Shown piece after piece: positions 39,101-52,200 of a DNA stretch of 64,000 nucleotides (within the stretch, counting starts at the first letter, position 1; the number at the start of each line of letters is the position of its first letter). A program made the position numbers and the translations under genes. Location of the stretch: the NCBI GenBank assembly GCA_008632985.1, contig QPGO01000011.1, positions 372,001 to 436,000 on the forward strand, given 5' to 3'. This DNA comes from Psammoneis japonica (lineage: Eukaryota). The notes beneath the pieces were generated by a model. That model searched no databases. It saw only the letters and a program-made list of their open reading frames with translations, and had not been told where the DNA came from.

Positions 39101-39931
39101 ACAAATTGCACTGGGAAAACCCCCAAACGCACTGGCGATCAGACCGCCTTCGACTCCAAAGACGCACCCAACGATCGAACACGCAAACACACACAGCAAC
39201 GCAGCCGCGCCGCACGCACTCCCAACTGGGAGGTCTGTAAGTGGTACGGAAGAAGACAGAGAAGACCTCCCACGGATCGTAACATATCGCTGTACCAGGC
39301 TAACTGGCACAGCTTAAAAAAATCGCAACGTGCGATTTTTTTGGTTCCTGGTACAAAAACGAAAAATTCTACGCAGAATTTGCGTAGCCACCATGGCGAA
39401 TTTGTTTCGCGTCCACCGTCGTTGTCACATGTTTTCACGAGGTGAGTCACTCAGGATATTGTCGACATTTGTCTATAGCACCATTACGTGTTGGCTGAAT
39501 TTTGACAAGTGCCACTCCGCGCAAGAATATCGATTTCGATTCCTTCGGTGTATGAGTCTGCCGCTGTTGTCGTCGTTCCGGTATGTTTCGTCGAGTTTGT
39601 TATTATTTCCCTCCTCTCATCCCTTTACCTATGCCTCATTCGTTTCATAATAAATATAGATAAAAGGCGCTGATGTGTGGGGCACCTTTGGGGTGTTTGA
39701 GGCGAGCTCTGGAGGTCGCGGCTCGTGGTTGGTGTGTTTCCAACCGACGACAGCGGTCCGGCACTTTTTCTGTTTGTTTCTCGGTCCGCACGCAGATTCT
39801 TCCCCACGAAAGGGCCTCATGATTTACTTTATGGAATATATTGATGATACAAGCAGTGGTGTTTGTGGAGATTGTTCTGTTGTGTGCTGTATTACCGACT
39901 TGGAATATGGGAGACCGCTTTTGACGGTATA

Positions 39932-40150
39932 ATTATGCAGAACTCATTTTTGTTTCGTGATTCTGGAGAGTCGTCGGTTTGTTGGGCTAATTTACTCTAC
40001 TTTCAGTGAGTATACTTTGGAACTTGTCCCACGAGGCATTGAATTATGCAGAACTCATTTTTGCTTTGTGATTCCGGAGAGTCGTCGGTTATTTGGCCTA
40101 ATTTACTCTACTTTCAGTAAGTACATTTTGGAACTTGTCCCACGAGGCAT
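39932..40150. repeat. Two tandem ~110-bp units
   Basis: AATTATGCAGAACTCATTTTTG...GAACTTGTCCCACGAGGCAT occurs twice. Confidence 0.85.
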
Positions 40151-41207
40151 CTAACCGGTACATTGGCATTCCTCTTTTGTCAGTGTTCCACGACATCTCA
40201 ATCTTCTGTCTTTGCGCTCCTGTGTTCTTTGTGGAGGCATCTAGTCGGCAGCGGTATCGAAGAACTTTAGAAACAATCAGCTGAAGCAGTAAAAGTTCAG
40301 CATCTTGTGTTCCGGATGACCTGGTGTTGTGCGCTCGTGGCCATATTGTCTCGGCATTCTCTTTCAGGAGAGTAAGTATTTCATCTTCAGCGTGCCGCAG
40401 GAGCAAGTGCTGGTAATCCCGACTTGCGGCTCCCTGCATGTCCCACAACTCGCATGCACCCACAAATACATGGTAGAAGTGCACTTCCAAGTGATGCCGT
40501 TTTGAAGTCTTGGCATTTGTAACCAACAAGGTAAGTGCGTCGCCCCGCGTCCTGAATTTCTTTACGAAATCGTCCTTGCTCGCGTCTTTGTCTAACAGCG
40601 TTGGCCCGACAATGTTTGCCACCACAGTACATTGTATTGCAGTGTACTTCTGGTTCCCTCTCCAAAATACATGATCTCCGGTTTCTGGTAAACCAAAATC
40701 TGACGGAGAGCAATAGTCGGCCATCCCGACAAGCCAAACGACGTCACCCCCTTTCTTTGCGAACATCTCTTCTACCAGCAGACGTCTCATTTGCTTCGCA
40801 TTCCCATCCACATCAAATGGTGTTGTATGGCTACATTGGCTACCTTGATTGGATGCAGGACTTTCTTGCTGCGATGGCGCTTCCTCAGCAACAATGCTTC
40901 GGGTTTGGCGGCGCTCTGTCTGCTTCGCTCTCTTGGGTCGTCGTTTCTTGATAGCGAAACCATCATTCGCACCAAAGCTAAAGAGCCTTTCCACAGTTTT
41001 ATCATAACAATCTAAGACTAGTCTTAGCTCTTTGTTTGTTTTGTTGTCTTTTGGACCTCCTTTTGAGTTCAATCCTGCGGTGTCGACTCGCACCGAGTTT
41101 CCCGAATCATCACAATTCACAACAGTATCAAGAGAGTAAAAGCTCTGAAAGAGACCTTTCTTGTCTCTTCTGTCAATCAACTTTCCTGTTGAAAGAGATG
41201 GACCCAT
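40098..41207 (-). CDS. Hypothetical protein, 369 aa
   Basis: Uninterrupted ORF with normal Tyr/TpA content. Basic NLS-like KKRRPKRAK. No family recognised. Confidence 0.6.
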   Translation of the reverse strand: MGPSLSTGKLIDRRDKKGLFQSFYSLDTVVNCDDSGNSVRVDTAGLNSKGGPKDNKTNKELRLVLDCYDKTVERLFSFGANDGFAIKKRRPKRAKQTERRQTRSIVAEEAPSQQESPASNQGSQCSHTTPFDVDGNAKQMRRLLVEEMFAKKGGDVVWLVGMADYCSPSDFGLPETGDHVFWRGNQKYTAIQCTVVANIVGPTLLDKDASKDDFVKKFRTRGDALTLLVTNAKTSKRHHLEVHFYHVFVGACELWDMQGAASRDYQHLLLRHAEDEILTLLKENAETIWPRAHNTRSSGTQDAELLLLQLIVSKVLRYRCRLDASTKNTGAQRQKIEMSWNTDKRGMPMYRLDASWDKFQNVLTESRVN

Positions 41208-42929
41208 GTTGTTTTGGATTGGTGGTGAGTGGGCGTGGCGCTAAATGAAGTTCAAAAGCGTATGAAGCGAACCTCTCGGTGGGTGTCCCTTTACGGGATT
41301 GGGGTGGAGGGCACACGTTTTGTACCAGAGGTACGTGATTTGTACGAGGTACGTAGAAATCACGTAGAAATTTTCTGTGCGCCAGTTAAAATATGTTACG
41401 ATCCGGGGGAGTGCGCCGCACGTGACGCGATGTTGGTTCGTTGTTCGTTCGTTGGTGGGCAACGCGGCATTTGTTATCGTTGTGGGTCCGCGATGTTAGT
41501 TAGTTCGCAGCTACAGTATGAGACCCAGGCCTTAAGTAACTTGAAACTGGCATGGCAGGCGCGCTCCGGATGCGCGTACAGACCATCACCGCGGTGACAA
41601 CACGGAGAAATTTTGAAATTGTCAAAAACCCGCCGGAGCCGACGGATGACATTGACGCGGTAGATAAGGTGTCTAAACATTCGTCGTTTCTTGGACCATT
41701 ACAACAGAAGCTCTATTAGACCCTCATCGATATACAGTTGTAATCATCCATTCGGAGACGTGCAGTTTGGCGAGAAATGTTGAAACATGCCGTTTCGCTT
41801 TGTCGTGACGCCATGTTGCATGCAGACGACGCATCAACTCACCATTTGCCGGATTTTCGGCACCCACTGAGTTAAAGTCCGAGTTTATAAAAAGGCAAGC
41901 AAGTTTAAAATCAAAATGGTGTTGTCAATGTATCCGAGGCTAACCACTTGTTGTCTCACTCAACTTTCTTGCCGCCGCAGCCAATTCTCACGGTCTTTCC
42001 TAGCATGAGCACACATCGACGAATCCAACGTCGTCGTCACATCGTCAAGCCCATTTGATCAATGGTATTGACCAGACGAATATTTTTAAGACTTTGACAA
42101 AGCAACTGTAATACATTCAGCCAGGTGTTCTTGAATGGGAGAGAGTCGGGCGGATGAGAGTGAAAATGAAGAATGAAGTTGGCGTACGGTTCAAGAAAAA
42201 AAACAGTCAAACATCGTTGACAATATTATTCTGATGCTGCTATTCTATAGAATGATAAATAGTAGTGAATAGAGCTCCACCCTGGCTCGTATATACTCTA
42301 GATTGATCGCAAAGACACAAACAATGTCAAATCTCAAAATGGAAAAGTGTGGCTTGTAAATGAGTATTCGTGGATTGCTTCACCCATTTATAGCATGAAA
42401 GAGGTCAGATATAGTTGTCACGAGGTCAAAGACAAATTAGAAAGTAGAACATTGCCATAAAATCGGTTTGTGATGATGTTATCATCTAATCTCGGTGTCG
42501 AGAACGAGTCAATTTCACCTCATCGTACAGCGAGTCACGTGTTTTGAATCCCGTATGACCCACTCGACTCAAAATTTTGGTAAAATTAGCTAGACTTTGA
42601 CGCCAGCTAGAGCCACAAATTACACAAGATATGAGCATTATCAGTCTCATACTCTTTAAACAGATGCCTTGCGAGAATGTAATAGGTATGTATTGTTCGT
42701 GGTATCAGGTATTTCAAAATAGAACTAACTTTTCGTGGAGCACCTTTATTACACGGGCAAGTGCGAGAGTCAACATTCAGTGATTGGTTAGTAACTAACG
42801 TTCACCCCCATTCTAGGCCCCCAAAAGTGTGCTGAACTTCGTATCTGGATACTGTTAGTCGATCGAGGTGGGTATTTGGTTAAAAACGGGGGGTTAATTT
42901 TTACACGTGGCATGAAGCTGGGACGGAAA

Positions 42930-43330
42930 GCAGCTGTGTCCGCGATGCTTTTTCATGAAGGCGTGGGTGATGTTTTCAAAGCTGAGAACATTCTCATAAT
43001 TTTCCGTACAAAACGTTTCAAGCGAACAGCGACGCGATCTTCGTTCGTTGGTATGTGTCCGCGATGTTAGTTCTCAGCTGGGTGAGCGATACTTGTTCAC
43101 AAGGTGTGGGTGATGGTTTCAAAGCTGAGAGCATTCTTATAATTTTCCGTACAAAATGCTTCAAACAAACAACGGCGCGATCTTTGTTCGTTAGTGGGTA
43201 GTGGGCACGCGATCTTTGTTCGTTGCCGGGTCTGCGATATTGGTTCGCAGCTGGGAGCGCGATGCTTGTTCAGAGGTGGTGTAGATTGCAAGGACACGGA
43301 TATTCTCATAATTTTACGCACAACACTTTT
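42930..43330. repeat. Degenerate tandem repeat (~145-bp unit, 2-3 copies) upstream of the secreted-protein gene
   Basis: GTGGGTGATG..TTCAAAGCTGAGA..CATTCTYATAATTTTCCGTACAAAA recurs at ~42963 and ~43106, with a partial third copy. Confidence 0.7.
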
Positions 43331-43343
43331 CAAACAACTGACA

Positions 43344-43976
43344 ATGCTCTTGAAATATTTCGCCTTCGCTGCTCTGGCTCCTTTCCTTTTGAAAGGCGGG
43401 GCATCTGCCACCAACCTTCGTACGCCCAGCTCCTTTCTCTCAGAAGACCCTATGCATGATAACCGTGGTAAGTAGTAGCATACTCTGAAACCTGATTATT
43501 TGTCTTTGCATTGTGAAACAAAATGTCCAATTTCATGTTGCTTCTGCTTGTTGAAAGAGGCCCACCGAGCTCTTCTCATGCGCACCTCCGAATGTAAGCG
43601 GATGCTTCTTAGGAAGCCTGACAACGTTCTTTTTGAAATTGCCATTCGTAGAAAGATTGGCAAGTACTGTTTTATCTACGATAACACTGGTAAGTCAGGT
43701 GCATGTGACTACTATGCAAAAGGGCGACCCCGTCCTGGGCGCGGGGATGGAGTTGTCCCAAATACCAACGGCAGCGGAACTGGCTGTGTCAAGGGTGGAA
43801 GGAACTCCTTCTGCTACATGAATACGCTTTCCTTTCTCTCCAAAAAGGAAAGGAGATCCATGTGCACAAGTAATTACAAACGAAATGGAGGAGCGCAGAT
43901 TCGTTGGGCACTTGAGAACGATTATTGCACGGATCCTGGACAGCTGTATACGGTGTGCATCAATCGGAAAGTTTAG
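43344..43976 (+). CDS. Small secreted Cys-rich protein, 180 aa, exons 43344-43467 and 43558-43976
   Basis: Signal peptide MLLKYFAFAALAPFLLKGGASA; in-phase GTAAGT...AAAG intron 43468-43557; HRAL (RxL) motif, then a Cys-containing mature domain. Confidence 0.8.
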
Positions 43977-44648
43977 AACGGGGTGCTAATCGAGATGTGG
44001 ATTTGTTTCATCACCCCATGCATGTCAATCATTAGGTTTATAACGGGGTGCTAATCGAGATGTGGATTTGTTTCAGCACCCCATACATATTAATCGTTAG
44101 GTTTAGAAAGCAATATATTCTACAAATAAATCTATTTTACCGAGCTTCTTTCCCCTTGCTTGAAGACCTAGACTCATTGATGTCAGATGCTTATTTGTTT
44201 GCAGATGGTTCCATCCATGCTGAACTAGATTTGCAGCTCACGACTTTTTCCGGAGATGGGTCGAAAAGTTCCAGCAGGTCCGCGACGGAACATGTGTCTG
44301 AGAAGCTTTGGAATCTTCATCCGAAGTGTCGCTAGGAACATCAGGTTCTGCAAGAACATGGCGTTTCTCTTATGTCAGACAGTCAACTTTACCCGAATCT
44401 TTCCGCGACTCTGTCACGCATCAAATGAACCAGCAGCAATGACGGCAACAATTCGGTGCACCCACGTGGGCCGACAAGCAAGAAAGAGAATGTACAGTAT
44501 AACCGCAAGAAAATGGTATCTCCACATGTGTTGAGAAAAAAGTGGAGTTGGTCAGGTTCCGGGCGATGCGAAAGAGGAAAACAACGATGCTCGCATTTTT
44601 TCTCTAGAAATTCTATAGGACACTTTAGTGGCACCGCAATGCTCTTGG

Positions 44649-45715
44649 TCACAATTGGTCGTCCAGCACAAAACCCGCAGTGAAATTGTGTCGCGACTCT
44701 GTGCTCATTCCTTTGCCAATGACAAAAGTTTCTAGCTTGTTTGCCGCCAAGCCATCATCGCCCGTCAGTGGCAGCACCAGACTTCCAGGTCCAACCAATC
44801 TCAACTCGGTCGCCTTGGCAATGGCCCTGGGCACACAGCTTTCTCGCAAAAGTGAACCCACCAAATGGGGGTCACGCCGCGGTGCAGCAAAACTTGCGCC
44901 GAGCACACTTTGCCAGATGCGGGTGGCACCATGATGGGGATGGGTGAAAAGCATTTGGCAAGAGCATGTGCTGTCAAACCACTTCGAGCAATTGCAACAA
45001 CACAAGCTCTGCTCCCATCTCCCTTGCAGCCACAATGGCACTCTTTGCAAATGCATCGCAAAGCATTCCACATTCTGACGAGACTCCCTTGTTGCTCTTG
45101 GCAGATGCTCCATCATTCGATGCCCCCCTGGCACAAAGCGAACTTGCCACGTCCAGCTCTGCCTCTTTGCAAATCCGCGTCATGACTTGGATGGCTTCGA
45201 TGCTTTCCTGCGGCAGTTTCTCCGGAAAGCATGCAACAATCCACCCCATCAAACATGGCATTGGCAACATCGGAGGCTTCGGAATGCATTGGCCATGGGT
45301 GGTTGATCATGGAATCCAACAGTTCCGTGGCTGCAATGACGGGTTTGCCCACGGCATCACCACAGGATGCCACGAGACATTTTTGGACCAAACAGACGCG
45401 CTCCAGTGGAATCTCCACACCCAAATCACCTGAGAACATCAACAGGGCGGGCAATGTCAACAAGGTTGACATCAAGAAGGAAGCAAAGGATGACTCAAAT
45501 TGCCGGAACATTGAACACATTGGCCTTGCAGAGATGAGCTGCGTTCCAAGCAACAACAATGTCAACGGTCACTCACCTCTTGCCACCATGACACCATTGG
45601 ACACTTGCAGCATGGATTGAAAGTTGTCCAGACCTTCTTGTGATTCAATCTTTGCAATTGTGTGTGCCCCAGCTTCTGCAACACCGGGCAGTTCCCGAAT
45701 CTGATTGGCTCCTGC
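44649..45715 (-). pseudogene. PK: Pyruvate kinase pseudogene (C-terminal half, one intron retained)
   Basis: IAKIESQEGLDNF..VMVARG, intron 45576-45430, [49 protein letters not shown], later RSGLTAHALAKCFSPIPI and LHRGV. Frameshifts present; 5' part replaced by Copia sequence. Confidence 0.9.
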
Positions 45716-47990
45716 ATGGCACAGGCAGGTGACGGAATCATCCTTGGCAATGATGGCAAGGGGTTCCAACGTGATCCCTTCACTCTCCCATTCAAGCATG
45801 ACATTGCAGCTTGAGCCTTTCCAAGAGGGATCATGAGGTTGCAATGGTCCTTTGTGCAGTGCAGTGCATCAGAACTTCCAGAGGGTGGTGTCCTCGTCTT
45901 CTTGCTCAACATGGTGCATGATGTCATTGCAGGCAAGGACTGCCTTGCATTCATCATTGTTGATGGAGCAAATGAACTTGACCAGTTTGGGGTTGTCTCC
46001 GATTTTCCAGTCATGGTCTTCAACGGCTTTGACAATGTGGGCTCTGTGGCGTTGTCCATCCTCTTGTGGCTTCATGAGGAAGGTGCATCCAATGACATCC
46101 TTGAGGTCAAAGACCAGCATTTTGGGCATCCTGATCCCCTCCCCATCTGGTGAATCTGGTGAATCCTTGGAGTCATGGTGGGATTCAATGATGGGTTCAG
46201 CAGATTCCTTGTTGGGAGGATCAAGACACAGGTTGGGGGTGGACGGATCACCATTGAAAGTGCAGGAGTGGGCTGATGTTGGGGGTGGAGCCAGACAGCA
46301 CTTTGGTGGGAGTGTGCCAGTTGAGTTTGGCAGATGCCGTGTGGTTGAGCACAAAGCACATGCACATCAGGGCCAGTGGCCAGGTGCAGGCCGGGGATCC
46401 AAAGCAATCCATGATGGTGTTGGCCATGGTCTTCACAGTTTGGTGGCAATGTTCAGCAAAGTTCTGGTGCTGTTGGCGGGGCTTGCTTTGCCAACCAGAG
46501 ATGAAGAGGGCACAAAGGATGCCAAGCACCTTGTTGCTGATCTCAACCTGAGCACGGTTGCTGATGAGCTTGGGTGGGGCACCATGAAGATGGATGTTGT
46601 CTTCAAGCGTGTTGACAAATTCTTTGTCAGTTTTGGTTCCACACACATCCATGACAGATTCTGTGCCAACAAAGAGCTGGGCACTGGTGCAGCCAGAGTC
46701 AATGGCAGGGGTGTCAGAGTGCACCATGTCAGCGGCAACAAGTTTGTCATGGTGGTGGACATTGAGAGCTCGGTTGGGTGACTTGCACGCCTTTTTCAAG
46801 TGCGTGTTGGCGGGCATGTGGGCACACTGTGTCATGCAATCAAAAGTGCTGCAAACAGTGTTCTTCAGGAGAAAGCCAAAATGAGGGCACAGCAACTCAA
46901 AGTTGGGGTCCTTGGGATGGATCTCATGCTCATGGCATTCGCAGAAGAAATCAGATGTTGGGAGTGGGTGGTCATCAAGGACAGAGTCCACAAGCCACAA
47001 GCATGGCATTGTTGATGACATGATGGTGACGACAGTTGCTGAACTCATCAAAGAGGTTGGCAGTCAGGTTGTCTTGGAGGTCAGACACGGCGTCATGCCA
47101 TGTCTCATTGTTGGTGAACTGGTGGTCAAGGACAGATGGGTCCCAAGAGTTTTCGCCAGTGAGGATGACATGTGGCAGGGTGTCCCATTCTGCATCAGTG
47201 TGCGGGCGCATGGTGATGTGCGGAAGGCCACCTTTGATGTCGATGGGAATGATGTGTCCATCAATGGTGGTGATGTGCTGCAAACCATTGGGAACCTTGA
47301 TGGACCTGTCGTTGACATCACATGCTTGTGCCACTCAAGTTGACTGCAAGAGTGCACAGTCTTCCCTTTTCCAGTGCAGGCGCGCTTGTGAAGAATGGCA
47401 ACGGCAGGTCTGGCTGCGTTGTGTGTGGATGACACCACCAGAAGTGACAATGGGAATGATGTCAACAAGCTGATGGTCATTGACACCTTGGATGTTGACC
47501 TGATGACCAGTGTGGGCAATGACATGAACATCATCACCAGTGATGCCACCGCATGTGCACCACGATCCATGAGAGCACCCTTGCAAGTTGAGGTGTGGGT
47601 CAATGCAGAGCAGACAACATTGTGATTGTTGACATGATGGCATTTGTGACCATCAATCTCAATGTCAGTGTCAGAGCAGGTGGCAGGAGGGCATTCAGGA
47701 GCCAGGAGACATTGCAAGTCACCAGGTGGCAAAGGCTTGCACCTGGTGAGGTGAGCGAGGATGGGGTTGGCATCGGCTGCATTGGCTGCAGTGTCAGATG
47801 TTGTGGGGGCCAATGCAAGATCGTGAGCATTGGCTGACAAGTTGACATTGCCATCACCACCAAGAAATCATGGCAGTTGCCAGTGTGGGCAGTGTGCGAG
47901 CCAAGGATGATGGCCTTGATGGACTCAGTTTGGTTTTGGAAATCGCCATGAATTGCCCTTCGTCACACATGTGCTTGACACATGAATGGA
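45716..47990 (-). mobile_element. Ty1/Copia (diatom CoDi-like) internal fragment: protease and integrase
   Basis: ALMDRGA, LPHVILTG..WDPSVLD, SDTPAIDSG, FVNTLEDNI..GAP.KLIS.RAQVEIS, QQHQNFAE, EPLAIIAKDD. Confidence 0.9.
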
Positions 47991-48179
47991 AAACAATGCA
48001 TTGGCAATTCCCCGTGCTTCCCCTCTCATGCATTTTGGCGCGTTCTGCGTGCCGGCATGGTGCGCAACCACACACCATGCCAGACACGCAACAACCAACC
48101 AATCGACCGACCGCAATGGAAATGGGCAACACGCCATGGAGCATGGAGCGTTCACGTCCCATTCATGTCGGCTCTTGTC

Positions 48180-48770
48180 AAACAACAATGACGCCAGTCA
48201 ATCCAGTGGATGAGATTGCAGACAACAGTGTAAAACAAAAAATGAATGGAAGTGTGACAGATGATGTTGAGCAGACAACTGGGCAAAAGTTGAGCCGTGT
48301 GTGGCCAACAAAAATGTGTTGGATTGAACCGTCATGCCCACTCTTCCAATTTGCACATCTCACGTGCAGAATGAAGTGGATTGTTTGGATCACTCTTTTG
48401 TCGTGCATTCAGAAAGGCGCAAGCCACGAGGCATCTGGTGTGAAGGATGAGGCAAAAGCAAAATCGCGCATGGTTGACAAAAATGTGGCAGATTGATTGA
48501 CAATGTTTGTTCTTCCCTTTGACCCATCTCACGTGCAGAACACAGTGTGTCATTTTTTCCTTCTTGTGTGGTCACAAATGCAAACCACAATGGCTCTGGA
48601 GCAAAGGCTGAGGCAAAAATGGAGCCGCACATGAGCAATGTCAACATGTGTGATTTAATGGCAAAGTTTGTTCTTCCCTTGCTCCACCACAAGGGGCCGC
48701 TTTGTGTCGATTTGTCGAATGCATCTGTCATGGTTGGCGGTGGCAGAGCGTGGCTTTCTGGTCAAATGTG
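48180..48770. repeat. Copy of the foldback-arm repeat family (similar to ~1500-1990)
   Basis: 48482-48650 aligns with 1713-1885 (AATGTGGCA..CATCTCAYGTGCAGAA..TGTGTGGTCACAAATGCA). Confidence 0.7.
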
Positions 48771-48899
48771 TCAAAAAGCACACCCGCTCATGTAAAATGA
48801 GATGGGAATTGCCGCACTGCCACTCATTTTTTGGCAATCGTCCAGCTGCGCAGGCAGCTCTCTACAAAACGTGCAGGATTCACACTGGAACTTCTGTGG

Positions 48900-50720
48900 G
48901 ATTTGACAAGGATGCAATTCCATTTTGATGAGGACAAGCAGAAAGCAACGGTTTTTTTTGGTGCAAATTTGATGAGGATGCCTGAAGAGGAATCCTCTTG
49001 ATTCCCTCCATTCAACGAGCAACGAGCACCATAAAAACAACACACCATGAGGCTCAACCAATGTCTTGATTTTGCCGCTGCACCTTTTCCTGCCAAAAGT
49101 GCCAATGCGCGACATGCCACATGTTTCCTCTGACAAGTGCACCAATGAAAAGAGAGGTGAGAGAAACCCAAAAATGGATGAAAATCCTTGCTTTGGTTTT
49201 TGCTGTTGTTCTCACTCGATTCTCACAACTTGTGCAGCAACAACCGACACTCCATTTTGCCGCCGAACCTTTCCTGTCAAAAATGCACAAGGCGTTTGAG
49301 CAGTGAGCAAGGCAGTGTGGGAGCAGGTGGCATTGTCTTTGATGGGATTGTGCAGAGCTGTCACCTTCCCAATTTGCCCTCTGCACCCTCTGCGCCAGAG
49401 CCAATGTCCACACCTGCACAGCAAATGCCTGACACACAATGCCCTTTTCCTGATGGATCCTGTTCATTCTCCCGGATTCATTCATCTTGCCTGTTGGGAC
49501 AAAAGTTCGCTGCGTTGATGTGCCCTTTGAGCCATTCCCATGCCTTTTGTTCTCACCTGGCACATGGGTTGCCTGCGACACCAACGTGTCCACTCTTTTG
49601 CTGTTTTTGCATGGGGCCAGTCTCCCTTTTTGTAAAAGTGTCTTGCTTGATGCAATCGGCGCTTTTCCTCCAATTCACATTTGTTGAATTGTCCACAATG
49701 AACAGTGCCAGGGTGACAAAGCATGCAATTGTTGTCTCCTCCCCAGAAGAGATGGACAATGTTTTTCCACTCCTTTCCCTGTTTTGTGCAGTCATTGACA
49801 ACTTGTTCTCCATCTTGGTGCTTCAAGAAGATCCTTTTCAATGGCAGCCTGGCCACGTGCATTTTGCAGTTGCACGCACATCCTCGTGTCGTGCACTGCA
49901 GACGGTGAATGGGAATGTGCCTCGTTGCTTCCACATGCCTGCACAGGTCTCCAAATGTCTCCATGCTGCTGCCAACACAAATGGTTTCTTCTTCAGCTGC
50001 GAAATTCAACAGCACGTGTTTCAGCGCACCTTCACAAGGCATTGTCCTGTCTCTTTCTCTGCTGCATTGACAAGCTGTGCCAAGTTTTGTCTTTGCATGT
50101 CCTGCTGGCATCTGCTGCCAGAAAACAGCGTGGCTGTGAAAACGCAACTCCTCAAGTGCAAAAAAGGGAAACAGTGGCAATGAAGGACAGCGAGTGCATC
50201 CAAACTGACTCATTGGCAACATTGACAGATGAGAGCAAATGGCCAAATGGATCAAGGTTGCACTTCATCTTAGGAACATCAAAACCAGGGATGCAATCAT
50301 CAATCAATGAACCACTTCTTGCGTGGTCCAAGCCAACAGATTTGCATGACTCCGGCAGCAAGTTGCAAATGGACCAGACCTTGTCAATGCAAGGTGAGTG
50401 AATGGTTTCAGAGGCAACCTGTTGGTCATGTTCACTGCACGTGTGTCCAACGGCGGCTGTTTGTTGTGGGTCCCCTGCACTGCTGAAGGTTCCCTCAGAA
50501 AGAGATGCAATGAGTGCTTTGGTCATCTCAAGGCCATTGCAACCATCCAAAAGCCTGCCAAGTTTTGTGTCAGCCAAATGCAGCAAAGGAACACAACAGC
50601 CATCCATTGTTTCATTGCCCTTCTTTGTGTTGATGTCTGATGGGTTGTTGTGGTCAAACGAAACTTGTCTGGGGGTGAACCAAGGGATGTCACTAACTTG
50701 CTTGATGCTTTTGGAAACAG
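48900..50720 (-). pseudogene. Decayed coding remnant, possibly an SF1 helicase C-terminus of mobile-element origin
   Basis: QAFAVQVWT..GAEG and TALLTAQT weakly resemble helicase motifs V/VI. TpA-depleted. Confidence 0.25.
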
Positions 50721-50739
50721 CAACAAACCCAGAAATCAC

Positions 50740-52200
50740 AACAGGATGCCTGGCCCCTTTCTAGATTGGGCAGCACAAAGTGAGTGCAAGTGATGCATGT
50801 CCAACGAACGTGGCTGGCCTGCCCAAGCTTGCAAAGTGCGGATGCTCTCTTCCAGCGCAATTGTTTGGGCTCCTCACACACCATGCCAATGTCCTTGAGT
50901 CCTCTCGATTGTCTGGGAATGGAGCACGGGACAGTGGATGGCTGTCAAGTTTTGACAGGAGGGGATGGCACCGCGTTGTCCGGAATTTCCGGGCCAAGCC
51001 CAATCCAATCATTTGCGGTGTCGTCGGTTGAGGGAGTGCTTGTTGATGACATGTCTGATGATGCAGGGGCAAGAGATGAAGAGGTTGCTGCAACATGAGT
51101 GGAGGGGGAGCAGGGTTCAACATGTGAGGGGGAAGCTGCAGGAGACAAACCGGTGTGTTGGTCTACGGATTCAACAAAACCAAGATCGACACCATCACAA
51201 ATGCCACAGGAGGCGGCATCATGACAATCGACCATGCCCAGAATGGGATGGCCTCCAAAAGCTGCACCCCCGCAACAGGCAGGGGCCATGGGATGAACCC
51301 TGGCAGCATGCTCTCCGGCTCACAAGCCGAGAAAGTAAGATCCGGTGGCTGCACCCCCCCCAAAGTGAGGAGGGAGCTGGGGATGCAAACTGACAAAATC
51401 AGTGCAGGGAGCATCCACTGACATTGCTGCACCCCCAATCAGAGTGGTGGGCATGGGATGAACCCTGGCAATGACATCGGATGAGCCTCTGAACAACACA
51501 GGACATCTGGCTGCACCCCCAACAACAATGGGGGCCGCGGGACAAACCCTGGCAGCACATCGGACATCTCTGGTGCCACCCAAGCAAGGCAGCATTGCAT
51601 GAACCCGAGTGGATGAAGAAAATGGTTCTTGATCCAGTGACTTCACTTCCTGATCCTGGGCTGCACTGTTGCGATGCTTTTTTGATGGATGAGAGTGGCG
51701 GATGCCCATCCTTGCCTTTGAGGAGCCTGATCGGGAGGAGCGGCAACCCATGGCACCGGCAAGGATGTGTTGTTGTTTGCATGGCAAAATGAAACTGGAC
51801 AGCAACAACATGGACACCGGAGCAAAAAATTGTGAACAAAAATTTCGTGGCAAGGACACAAGTGAGCAAACAAAAATTTTGGAGCAAACAAACTTGCAGG
51901 TTGAATGGGACATCAACACAATCAAAGGCTGAAGGTTGAAAGTTTTTGAAGTCATTGGAAGATGGCTTCACTGTGGGGAAACAAGAGGTGGGAGATTGCA
52001 CAAAAAATTAGAGCATCAGATGAACAGAGAAGAAGAAATTTGCATGGGCAGTCCATGCAGAGAACATGCAGGAAGGAAGCCCTCTGGGAAACATTGGGTG
52101 ATGTGGTCTGCTTTGAACGGGTGAGACAAATGAAATCAAGCAAATCAATTGAATTCATCTGGGGTGCTTGGGTCAGATGGGTGCCGCTGGAATCATGAGG
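50740..52200 (-). mobile_element. Second copy of repeat family B
   Basis: Shares the MVCEEPK...LCKLGQASH block with 18640-18840. Confidence 0.5.

Larger units (their letters stand above)
39165..41460. repeat. Diverged inverted repeats (family A-related) bracketing an intact ORF
   Basis: CTCCCACGGATCGTAACATAT..TAACTGGC..CTGGTACAAAA (39267-39360) vs reverse complement of 41317-41411. Weaker similarity extends outward. Confidence 0.55.
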
